This document shows positions 1 through 8,039 of a DNA stretch of 64,000 nt, one piece after another. The first letter of the stretch is position 1, and each line of letters begins with the position of its first letter. Source of the stretch: Spirochaetota bacterium (lineage in GTDB: Bacteria; Spirochaetota; UBA4802; UBA5550); NCBI GenBank assembly GCA_040768125.1, contig JAXGNG010000002.1:42759-106758 (forward strand). The letters run 5' to 3'. The position numbers and the translations under genes are program-made. The notes beneath the pieces were generated by a model. The model searched no databases. It was not told where the DNA came from and saw only the letters and a list, made by a program, of their open reading frames with translations.

Positions 1-1
1 G

Positions 2-613
2 ATCGACGAGTATTCGACGGGCCTCGATATCCTCGAGGACATGGAAAATGATATCGTGAAGATCAAGCAGGCCAACAAGGAGCGCAAGCACCTGAACGAG
101 CGTTTCTACTGGCAGGAGATCGATCGCCGCAACCAGGAACAGCGGCAGATATACTACAAGAAGCAGGAAGCCAAGATGAAGGCGGTGACCTACCTGACGA
201 AGTCGATCAATTACCTCGACCAGATCCAGAACTCGGAGGTAAAACAGGAGCCCCGTTTTCTGAATTTCCAGAGCAGGCTGTTCCAGGTTTACGTGTCGAC
301 CCAGTACGACCTTCACAACTTCATGCCCTGTATCCCGATCCTGGAGCGTTACGTCACCCTTTCCGACGCCAACGCCAAGGACGTGTGGGCCTACAAGTAC
401 ATGGCGAGCTGCTACGGGTACATGGAGCGGATACTCGGCAAGTACCGCCATGCCGGCGAGGACGAGATCAACCGCTACAAGAATAAGAAAAACAGGAGCA
501 TGCTTACCGCCGTGGAACTGACGTACGGCGTTGATTCACCCCATTACAAGCATATCCAGGAAATCGTCGAGCAGGACGAGAAACGGAGCGAGCGTATCAA
601 CGACTTCAAATAG
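2..613 (+). CDS. fcpA: Flagellar coiling (sheath) protein FcpA-like, 5'-truncated by the window edge
   Basis: The frame is open from base 2 (IDEYSTGLDILEDM...). Motifs NERFYWQEIDRRNQE, YDLHNFMPCIPILERY, YKYMASCY and ELTYGVDSPHYKHI match my recollection of the Leptospira FcpA C-terminal region (WYWQKVDR..., YDLQNLPQCIPILELY, ELKYGKDSPEYKHI). Confidence 0.8.
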   Translation: MDEYSTGLDILEDMENDIVKIKQANKERKHLNERFYWQEIDRRNQEQRQIYYKKQEAKMKAVTYLTKSINYLDQIQNSEVKQEPRFLNFQSRLFQVYVSTQYDLHNFMPCIPILERYVTLSDANAKDVWAYKYMASCYGYMERILGKYRHAGEDEINRYKNKKNRSMLTAVELTYGVDSPHYKHIQEIVEQDEKRSERINDFK

Positions 614-635
614 ACGCATGGAACAGCGAACAACC

Positions 636-665
636 AAACGCCCGGCGCCGTGGCCGGGCGTTTTT
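636..665. terminator. Bidirectional intrinsic terminator between fcpA and the convergent SDR
   Basis: Hairpin AAACGCCCGGC-gccgtg-GCCGGGCGTTTTT lies between the two convergent stop codons (613 and 669). Confidence 0.8.
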
Positions 666-668
666 CGT

Positions 669-1511
669 TTATCCCCGGGAGCGGATTTTTTTCTGCGCCT
701 TTTTAAGCTCTCCGTCCATGATCCGGTGTGTGAGGCGGGGGAAGTGCCGGGCTACGGACCAGAGGAGGCGCGATTGACCGGGGAGTATGTAAAATGATTC
801 CTTCATAACTCCCTTGATGAGGACTTTCGCGACATCATGGGCCGACATGAGTCCTCCTCCTTCTGACATGATCATCACCTCGGCGGGCTTTGTTTCGTTT
901 TCCTTCTCGAAGCCGGGGGTGTCGGTATCGGGGGGAAAGAGAATGGAAAAGCGGATGCCGAAGGGTTTCAGCTCGTTTCGAAGCGACTCCGTGAGGCCAA
1001 CGATTGCGTATTTCGTCGGGGAGTAGGTGGCGTAGCCGGTCATGCCCAGGAATCCCAGGACCGACGAGCAGGTGACGATGTGCCCCCTTCCTTCCTCCCT
1101 GTAGCGGGGTAGCATAACCAGGATCGGAGCGAGCTGTCCGTAGTAATTTATCTCCATGTTTTTCTTGAAGTCGTCATAGGTGAGTTTTTCGATGCTGTTC
1201 GGGTAGGCGTATCCGACGAAGTTCATCAGGTACTCCGGAGTCCCGTGTTCGGCCATGAATCCCTCCATGGCGGGACGAAGCCGGTCGATGTCAGTGGTAT
1301 CGCATGATATCGTCGACAGTATCTGGGAGTCGTCGATGCGGGTTTTTGAAAGTTCAGCTGCGGTGATCTCCAGATCACGGGCGTTACGCGCGATGATGCA
1401 GGCGTTCCCTCCGCGTGACACGAATTCCAGTGCGACAGCCTTGCCGATCCCCCGGGAGCCGCCGGCAATAAAAGCGGTTGTGCCCAGCAGGGGTGCTTTT
1501 TTCGTTACCAT
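669..1511 (-). CDS. SDR family oxidoreductase, 3-ketodihydrosphingosine reductase (KDSR/Tsc10)-like
   Basis: Rossmann motif GGSRGIG, catalytic Ser plus YSPTK, and the KDSR-type signature FPPDTDTPGFEKENETKP (human KDSR: YPPDTDTPGFAEENRTKP). Confidence 0.8.
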   Translation of the reverse strand: MVTKKAPLLGTTAFIAGGSRGIGKAVALEFVSRGGNACIIARNARDLEITAAELSKTRIDDSQILSTISCDTTDIDRLRPAMEGFMAEHGTPEYLMNFVGYAYPNSIEKLTYDDFKKNMEINYYGQLAPILVMLPRYREEGRGHIVTCSSVLGFLGMTGYATYSPTKYAIVGLTESLRNELKPFGIRFSILFPPDTDTPGFEKENETKPAEVMIMSEGGGLMSAHDVAKVLIKGVMKESFYILPGQSRLLWSVARHFPRLTHRIMDGELKKAQKKIRSRG

Positions 1512-1622
1512 GATGCCTCTCCACCGGTGCGTGTCCGGTTCACGTGATTGGTTGGCGGTGCGTCGTGTATGGCCTCGCAGATTTCAGTCCCGAGGGCGAC
1601 CTCGAACGCGCTTGGCGAAGAG

Positions 1623-1649
1623 TTGACACGTTGATGGGAAGCGTGTCAA
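1623..1649. promoter_or_regulatory. Dyad TTGACACG-N11-CGTGTCAA, a candidate activator or repressor site, or back-to-back -35 boxes
   Basis: Perfect 8-bp arms in the divergent SDR/FAAL intergenic region. Confidence 0.4.
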
Positions 1650-1770
1650 TGATTATTCCACCGACGCCATGACGCTTGGAACGGCCATATGGACGTTTTA
1701 TGTTGCGCATATGATACGCAAGTGTGGAATTTTCCCCAAAAATATCGTGTACGCATGGCATGCCGGAACG

Positions 1771-1809
1771 TTCAAGATAACTCCTGATCTGATCAGGAGT
1801 TATCTTGAA
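1771..1809. repeat. Perfect 39-bp palindrome (19-bp arms, 1-nt spacer)
   Basis: TTCAAGATAACTCCTGATC-T-GATCAGGAGTTATCTTGAA. The two arms are exact reverse complements. Confidence 0.95.
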
Positions 1810-1823
1810 TTAAAATTATGCTA

Positions 1824-1839
1824 TGGCATGGAAGTTGCT
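1824..1839 (+). promoter_or_regulatory. sigma54 (-24/-12) promoter upstream of the FAAL gene
   Basis: TGGCAT-GGAAG-TTGCT has exact GG-N10-GC spacing, close to the consensus TGGCAC-N5-TTGCW, in an AT-rich intergenic region. rpoN is encoded in this window. Confidence 0.75.
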
Positions 1840-2004
1840 TAATACTATATGGAGTGAGCGAAAATCGGCATCTAAGTTAAAATTAGTATATAAAAATAAA
1901 AACTTTCACGCCGACTGTCCCCCGTTTTTATATATGACGCGATCACCATCCATGTGGTGAAAGATGGGGATATGCATTGTGAAATTTTACAGGTGAGGAA
2001 AAAA

Positions 2005-3831
2005 ATGAAAAGCACGATGACGGAGAAAAATACTGCACACGCGGCGAATCGGGAGCACTATGATCTAAAGGCCGAAACGCTTCTCGATGTCCTGGACATG
2101 AGGGCGCGGGGGAAATCCGAGTTCCTGATATTCATGGACCTGAAGAACAGGGAATCCCGCCTCTCGGCCAGGGAGGTACACGAAAAGGGCGGTGAGGTCG
2201 CGCACTACCTTGCTGACCTTGGGATGAAGAAGGGCGACAAGGCGGTGATCATGCTACCCACGGGAGCGCATTTTGCCTTTGTCTACTTCGGGATCATCAT
2301 GGCGGGCGGTATCCCGGTGCCGGTGAGCCAGCCCGCGGGGACCGCTAATATCGGCAAGTATCTCGACAACCTGACCCACATCATTCATGACTGCGAAGCG
2401 CGTTTCTTCATTACCTATGACAAGATCAAGGCAATAGCGGGGAGTCTGATGCAGATCCCCGCCCTGGTAAACGGTTTCATACTCGACAGCGAGATATTCG
2501 CCCATCCGGTTCCCGCCGAGAAAAGGGGCGTGCTTCCCGTCGTGGGGCCGGATGACCTGGCGCTCATCCAGTATACCTCGGGCACAACGGGGAAACCCAA
2601 GGGCGTCATGCTTTCGCACAGGAACCTCCTGCACAATATCCACGGGATCGGCGTGGCGAGCGGCATGACGCCCGATGACGTGGGGATCAGCTGGCTTCCG
2701 ATGTACCACGATATGGGACTCATAGGAGGATTCCTGAGCACTCTTTACTGGGACCTGGTCTTGGTGCTGATGTCGCCGGAGGCCTTCATCTTTCGACCGA
2801 TCTGGTGGCTTGAGAACATATCGAAATACAGGGTCACCATGGGCGTTGCGCCCAACTTCGGCTATCACTACTGCGTCACCAGGATCGACGATCACGACGT
2901 GGACCGGCTTGATCTCTCCTCGTGGCGTCTGGCCCTTAACGGCGCTGAGCCGATAGATCGCGGCACCCTCACGAAGTTCGTTGAAAAGTTCAGACCCGCA
3001 GGCCTGAGGGACGATATATTTCTTCCCGTCTACGGGATGGCGGAAAACAGCCTGGCGGCGACCTTCCCCTCCCTGGACGCCACCACGGTGGCGAGGCGTT
3101 TCAAGCGGGACGTTCTCGAGTTCGAACAGCGCGCCGAGGACACCGGGAGCGAAAACATGAAAGAATACATTGACCTGGTTTCCGTCGGCTACCCCCTCCT
3201 GGGACAGGAGGTAAGGATCTCGGGGGAGGATGGTTCCACCCTGAATGAGCGGCAGGTGGGCGAGGTCCTCGTGAAGAGCCCGAGCCTGACCTCCGGTTAC
3301 TACAAGAATCCGGAGGCCACGGCGGCGACCATCAGGGACGGATGGCTCCACACGGGAGACATGGGATTCATCCTGGACGGCATGCTCTTCATATCCGGCA
3401 GGAAGAAGGAGATGATCATCAAGCGTGGGAAAAACATCTACCCATACGATGTCGAGCGGATCGCCTCCACGGTGAAGGGCGTCCGGCTGGGATGCATTGC
3501 AGCCTTTGACGTGCATAACGAAGCCCAGGGCACCGAGGATCTCGTCCTTGTATGCGAAACGACTGAAAAGGACGCTGGGGTGCACGACGAAATAAAGCGG
3601 AACGTTCGCGAGGAAATACTGGCCAAGCTGGGGATCGCCCCCGACGACATCATGCTCGTGCCCAAGGGGACCATACCGAAGACCACGAGCGGGAAGGTCC
3701 AGCGGATACTCTGCAAGAAAATCTACCTTGAAGACGATTTTGTACCGAAAAAGCACCTGAATTTCCTGGTCCTTGCCAGGACCTTCTTCGCGAGCCACTT
3801 CCATCTCTTTCGGAGGCGCCTGTCGAACTGA
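2005..3831 (+). CDS. Fatty acyl-AMP ligase (FAAL), acyl-ACP loading adenylation enzyme
   Basis: Motifs YTSGTTGKPKGV, SWLPMYHDMGLIG, APNFGY, GAEPID, YGMAE, LHTGDMG and IPKTTSGKVQR are of the FAAL type. I chose ATG 2005 because it follows a GGTGAGG RBS; the ORF track opens at 1954. Confidence 0.88.
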   Translation: MKSTMTEKNTAHAANREHYDLKAETLLDVLDMRARGKSEFLIFMDLKNRESRLSAREVHEKGGEVAHYLADLGMKKGDKAVIMLPTGAHFAFVYFGIIMAGGIPVPVSQPAGTANIGKYLDNLTHIIHDCEARFFITYDKIKAIAGSLMQIPALVNGFILDSEIFAHPVPAEKRGVLPVVGPDDLALIQYTSGTTGKPKGVMLSHRNLLHNIHGIGVASGMTPDDVGISWLPMYHDMGLIGGFLSTLYWDLVLVLMSPEAFIFRPIWWLENISKYRVTMGVAPNFGYHYCVTRIDDHDVDRLDLSSWRLALNGAEPIDRGTLTKFVEKFRPAGLRDDIFLPVYGMAENSLAATFPSLDATTVARRFKRDVLEFEQRAEDTGSENMKEYIDLVSVGYPLLGQEVRISGEDGSTLNERQVGEVLVKSPSLTSGYYKNPEATAATIRDGWLHTGDMGFILDGMLFISGRKKEMIIKRGKNIYPYDVERIASTVKGVRLGCIAAFDVHNEAQGTEDLVLVCETTEKDAGVHDEIKRNVREEILAKLGIAPDDIMLVPKGTIPKTTSGKVQRILCKKIYLEDDFVPKKHLNFLVLARTFFASHFHLFRRRLSN

Positions 3832-4015
3832 AGGGAAACGGCACCTCTCCGGATTTGAGTGTCCGGCGAGGCCGCCGGGACGGCCCTGCCTGGAGAGGAG
3901 GAAACCGCGCCTCATTGACGGGAACACATTAAATACTGGTTGCTAAATCGAAGGGCCGTTGTAGCATTCGCCCGCGGCGTATGCCGCGGGTTTATCGCAC
4001 CAAGGAGAAAATGAA

Positions 4016-4264
4016 ATGGGAATAGATCCGATCACGATACGCAGGGACTTTCTCGGGATCGTCGCGAAGCTCGCCGGCAGGAAGGCCGAGGAGCTGAAGG
4101 ACGGCGATCGCTTCAGGGAGGATCTCGGGTTCGATAGTCTCAAGAGCATGGAGGCGATTTCCCGGATAACCGAGTTGTATGATTTCGATCCCGACCTCGA
4201 CGAGGTGATGGAGCTCCAGACGGTCATCGAGGTGATCCGGTACCTGGAAAAAAAACTGGCCTAG
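4016..4264 (+). CDS. Dedicated acyl carrier protein
   Basis: 82 aa, acidic, with the phosphopantetheine motif DLGFDSL and an AAGGAG RBS. It is distinct from the housekeeping acpP at 62685. Confidence 0.9.
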   Translation: MGIDPITIRRDFLGIVAKLAGRKAEELKDGDRFREDLGFDSLKSMEAISRITELYDFDPDLDEVMELQTVIEVIRYLEKKLA

Positions 4265-4276
4265 GGGAATTGCACC

Positions 4277-5473
4277 ATGAGCAGGCTTATCAGCGAAAAC
4301 ATGAAAAAGCAGGCGGCGCTTCTTTCCATGCTAAGGAAGGAAAACATCTACACGTACAGTCTCGAAGTCACCTCCTCCTGCGAAAACCGCATCGTGGTGA
4401 GCGGCAAGGAGCGCATCAACTTCATATCGAACAACTATCTGGGTTTTTCAACGCATCCAAAGGTGCTCGAGGCCTGCGCCGGGGCAATGGAGAAGTACGG
4501 CCTCGGTATCGGCGGGTCTCCCCTTGCCTGCGGCACCACGGATATACACTACCGGCTCCAGGAAAAGATCGCCGGGATATACGAGCAGGAGGCCTGCGTG
4601 CTCCTTCCCAGCGGCTACCAGGCGCTGCTTGCCTCGATACAGGCGGCCGTGGGACGCGGGGACGTCGCGCTCCTCGACGGCCTTGTACACCGGAGCATCA
4701 TCGACGGCGTCGCCCTTTCGGGAAGCGACAAGCGAATGTGGCTTCACAACGACACGGAGGATCTCGAGACGCTTCTAAAACGCGTGTCGCAGAAATACGC
4801 CCGGATGCTCATCGTCGTTGATTCCGTCTACAGCATGGACGGTGACTGGGCGGACCTGCCGGAGCTCAGTCGACTGAAAGGGACCTACGACGCAATGCTC
4901 CTGATCGATGAGGCCCACAGCCTCGGAGTTCTCGGTCCGCGGGGATATGGCCTTCCGGACCATTTCGACATGCCGAAGGCCCCCGACATCGTCGCGGGCA
5001 CCTTCTCCAAATTCGCCGGAGCGGTGGGGGGCTTCGTGGCGGGCCCCGCGGATTTTATAGACCATCTTCGCCACAACGCGTCGGCATACATATTCTCCGC
5101 CTCGCTGCCCCCCATGACCGCGGCGGGGGTCTATCGCTCCTTCGAGCTTCTCGACGAGGAACCCCGCTGGCGCGACATGCTGTGGGATAACATCCGGTAC
5201 TTCCAGGCCGGATTGAAGAACCTCGGTTTCGATATCGGCCACTCGCGCACGGCCGTGGTGCCCATCATCATACGCGACGTCGAGAAAACGATGACCTTCA
5301 ACAAGATGATCTTCGAGGAGGGCGTCTACGCGTCGCCCATCGTGCATCCCGCCGTTCCCCCTTCGGAATCGCGCATCAGGCTCGGCCTGATGGCGACGCA
5401 CACGAGGGAGGACCTGGACAGGAGCTTCGATGTGTTCGGCAGGGTGGGGCGCAAGCTCGGCATCATCCCGTAA
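4277..5473 (+). CDS. PLP-dependent alpha-oxoamine synthase, serine palmitoyltransferase-like
   Basis: Motifs SNNYLG, HRSIIDG, DSVYSMDGD, DEAHS and the PLP-lysine motif GTFSKFAGAVGG (the SPT-type GTFSK form). It starts 12 bp downstream of the ACP. Confidence 0.8.
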   Translation: MSRLISENMKKQAALLSMLRKENIYTYSLEVTSSCENRIVVSGKERINFISNNYLGFSTHPKVLEACAGAMEKYGLGIGGSPLACGTTDIHYRLQEKIAGIYEQEACVLLPSGYQALLASIQAAVGRGDVALLDGLVHRSIIDGVALSGSDKRMWLHNDTEDLETLLKRVSQKYARMLIVVDSVYSMDGDWADLPELSRLKGTYDAMLLIDEAHSLGVLGPRGYGLPDHFDMPKAPDIVAGTFSKFAGAVGGFVAGPADFIDHLRHNASAYIFSASLPPMTAAGVYRSFELLDEEPRWRDMLWDNIRYFQAGLKNLGFDIGHSRTAVVPIIIRDVEKTMTFNKMIFEEGVYASPIVHPAVPPSESRIRLGLMATHTREDLDRSFDVFGRVGRKLGIIP

Positions 5474-5491
5474 CGGAACGTACCCGCGTTG

Positions 5492-5914
5492 CTAATCGAG
5501 GTCGATGGATGTCCCCGACATGGCCTTCACGGGGCATGCGGTTTTGCACATGCCGCAGGCCACGCACTTTTCCTGGTTGAAGTGCACTTCCATGGTGGCG
5601 CGGTCGATCGACAGGGCGTCCACGCGGCATACCGAGGTGCAGGCGCCGCAGTGAATGCACCGCTCGTCGTCCCGTGAGATCCGGTCGACGATGGGCTCGA
5701 TGGTCACGCCTTCCCGCGCGAGATACTCCAGGCACGCGGCGATCGATTCCTCGCTGTTCCCCCGGAGCTCCAGTATGATTCTCCCCTCAAGTTTCGGCAG
5801 GATCTTCGCCTCCAGGACGTTGAAGGTCGCGTCGAAGTCCCGGGCGAGCCGGTAGATGATCGGCTTGTACATGATCGTCTTGTTGAAAATCAGCAGCACG
5901 TTCTTGGTTATCAT
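5492..5914 (-). CDS. NIL-domain 2x[4Fe-4S] ferredoxin (MA1822-type partner of the homocysteine synthesis enzyme)
   Basis: An N-terminal NIL-like domain (KPIIYRLARDFDATFNVLEAKI) followed by CIHCGACTSVC and CVACGMCKTACP. The start ATG 5914 overlaps the upstream stop (ATGA). Confidence 0.85.
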   Translation of the reverse strand: MITKNVLLIFNKTIMYKPIIYRLARDFDATFNVLEAKILPKLEGRIILELRGNSEESIAACLEYLAREGVTIEPIVDRISRDDERCIHCGACTSVCRVDALSIDRATMEVHFNQEKCVACGMCKTACPVKAMSGTSIDLD

Positions 5915-6648
5915 GACGAGGCTCCCCTGGAAATATCGGCCAGCTCTACCTGGCCGAGGGCAAGGAGGCGGTCGCGGAGGACGATGAGCACTCCCCGGGC
6001 GCCGCGGCCCATGGCGAAGGACGCGGCGTCCTCCATGTCCTCCTCCCGGGTCACGCGGTTGCACACCTCCGTGGCGAGCGCGTCGGCCAGGGCCGCCGTG
6101 GGGGCGATGACCGTGGCCGCGTCGGCCCTTCCGAAGCTGAAGGAGGGGCCGATCCGCGCCGAGGAGGTGCATACGCCGCAGGGAGTCATGGAGGGGTCGA
6201 TAACAAGGGCCAGGCCCCTGAAGGCATCGATTCCCGGATAGACGGATACCAGGGCGGGCCTCGAGAGCTTCATCCAGACATCGCCGCCGTTTTCAACGAT
6301 AATTTCGACTGATTCGCCCAGGAGCGCGCGGCCCGTCATTTCAGCGACGGAGCCCGCCACCGCGGCCATGGGACCGACGCCGGCCTTCTCCGACGCGTCG
6401 TACATCATGGTCGCGATTTCAGGGCATCCTTCGCGCCGCTCCACCGGGGTGTATGAGGTATGGAAGGATCCCTGCAGGGCGATCTGGGCCCGCAGCTCGT
6501 CACGGAGCTGACGGACGACCGCCTCGGCTTCGGCGGAGAGATCCCGAGAGGCCCTGACGTAAAGGTCCGAGGTCTCGACCTTCACGCGGAAGCTCGTCCA
6601 GCGCTCCGTATCGGGACTGGCCCGGTAGAACCTTTCAGCGCGCTTCAT
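5911..6648 (-). CDS. UPF0280/ApbE-like sulfur-assimilation protein (COG2122, MA1715-like)
   Basis: Motifs GPMAAVAG, IVENGGD, GVCTSS and GPSFSFGRADA, with supporting operon context. Confidence 0.85.
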   Translation of the reverse strand: MKRAERFYRASPDTERWTSFRVKVETSDLYVRASRDLSAEAEAVVRQLRDELRAQIALQGSFHTSYTPVERREGCPEIATMMYDASEKAGVGPMAAVAGSVAEMTGRALLGESVEIIVENGGDVWMKLSRPALVSVYPGIDAFRGLALVIDPSMTPCGVCTSSARIGPSFSFGRADAATVIAPTAALADALATEVCNRVTREEDMEDAASFAMGRGARGVLIVLRDRLLALGQVELADISRGASS

Positions 6649-7828
6649 CGTTTTTCCCGTGGGGCACCGTGGGAATGGGGGACTGGGGCGCCCCGAGCGT
6701 GAAGCCGTTCATCACCCAATCGCGAAGCTCATTGGCGATTGTTCTCGCCATGGAGTAGCTCGAAAGGGGCGAGGAGTCGATTGTTCGTCCCATGAAGTTG
6801 ATGCTGCCGCTTTTCAGTTCCGCGTAACTCACCTCTCCCAGGCTTCGCGCGATCCCGGATGGGAAATCGTTTCCGTAGTCCACGACGGGGCAGAAAATGT
6901 CGCGATCGGAGCGTCCGGTGAAACCGGCGAGTTCGGGGTTGAGCATCGGTATCGGGATGCCGATGCCGATCATGATCGAACAGCCGTAACCGGTGAAGGA
7001 GGCGCCGCGGACAAAGCGAGGGTCCATAGCCTTCATGTCGCCCACCACGGCCAGGGTCCCGCCGCCTTCCCGGGGGATTCCGTCGGGTCCCCGGCGGCAT
7101 CCCGGGTTGTGCTGGGTACCGTGCCATGCCACGGAACCCGGGGCGCCGCAGAGAAAGATCCTTGTGCCGGGCCCTATGGTCCAGTAATAGGGGTCGTTCA
7201 GGAGGGGGCTGAGCTGTCCGGCGCTGGAATAGGTCACGTTCGCCATGTCGGGTTTGAGGATGCCCATGTAGGTGTAGATGGTCTTCTGGGAAGCGTTTAT
7301 CGCGCAGTTGTAGTTCTGGTACGCGTTGCGGGGGTTGAACATGATGGCTTCCCGGCAGTCGTGGATGGTGATTTCCGCCTCGTGCTCCCGGAGGGGATAA
7401 CAGCCGGTGCCGTACCCCGATGCCCTGAAGTTGATCCGCTTCCCCGCGATCAGGTCCTCGATGACGTGACCCCCGCCGTAGGCGAAGGCCCCCGGCGGCA
7501 CCATGTTGAGGGGATCGTTGTCCCTGACCTGGGCGGCGCCGATGTAACAATCCACCGCGGCGATCCCGCCGTAGGCCTCCACGCCGTTGAACCAGGCCCG
7601 CGAGGCCTTGAGCCTGGGGCGGGTGTGCCCGAAGTTGATGAAGGCCCCGGAGGAACACATTGCCCCGAAGGTCCCCGTGGTAACCACGTCGACCTTTCGG
7701 AAGGCGCCCTCGACCCCTTCGTCGTCCACGATGGAGGGCATTTCCTCCGCGGTGACCACCACGGCCGTCCCCCTGCGTATCTTCTCGTTTATCTCTTCGT
7801 AGCTTTTCTTGATTTCGATTCCGTCCAT
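6635..7828 (-). CDS. L-aspartate semialdehyde sulfurtransferase, homocysteine biosynthesis protein (COG1900/MA1821-like, no CBS domains)
   Basis: Motifs EINEKIRRGTAVVVTAEE, VDVVTTGTFGAMCSSGA, YGGGHVIEDL, NPRNAYQNY, GQLSPLLNDP and GTQHNP. Confidence 0.9.
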   Translation of the reverse strand: MDGIEIKKSYEEINEKIRRGTAVVVTAEEMPSIVDDEGVEGAFRKVDVVTTGTFGAMCSSGAFINFGHTRPRLKASRAWFNGVEAYGGIAAVDCYIGAAQVRDNDPLNMVPPGAFAYGGGHVIEDLIAGKRINFRASGYGTGCYPLREHEAEITIHDCREAIMFNPRNAYQNYNCAINASQKTIYTYMGILKPDMANVTYSSAGQLSPLLNDPYYWTIGPGTRIFLCGAPGSVAWHGTQHNPGCRRGPDGIPREGGGTLAVVGDMKAMDPRFVRGASFTGYGCSIMIGIGIPIPMLNPELAGFTGRSDRDIFCPVVDYGNDFPSGIARSLGEVSYAELKSGSINFMGRTIDSSPLSSYSMARTIANELRDWVMNGFTLGAPQSPIPTVPHGKNDEAR

Positions 7829-8039
7829 GTCATGCTCCGGGAACGGCCTGCACGTCCCGCCTGTCTGAAGCCCCTCATCAGGGGAGATCGATACGTTACC
7901 TACATCCAGGGAGGTATTTCATCAACTGTTTTTTATTCCGGCTTCAACCCTTCCCGGCGGAAAGGAGCTTTTTTTCTTGCCTCGCCGCTGCGGGTCTGTT
8001 ATCCTATGCAGGAACCGATCGCCACTACCGGAGTATGCC

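Noticed and set aside
4277-5473. Annotation as bioF or kbl
   Set aside because: No bioA/B/C/D or tdh genes are nearby. The GTFSK motif and the FAAL-ACP-KDSR context favour a long-chain acyl condensation. This is not formally excluded without a phylogeny.
5915-6172. N-terminal extension of ORF 5492-6172
   Set aside because: It is an Arg/Gly/Pro-rich out-of-frame overlap with the COG2122 gene. The real start is ATG 5914.
7829-8039. SAM riboswitch upstream of the homocysteine operon
   Set aside because: No SAM-I core (ATCxxGAG...GCAACC...GTGC...GAT) or other SAM-class consensus is visible on the minus strand.
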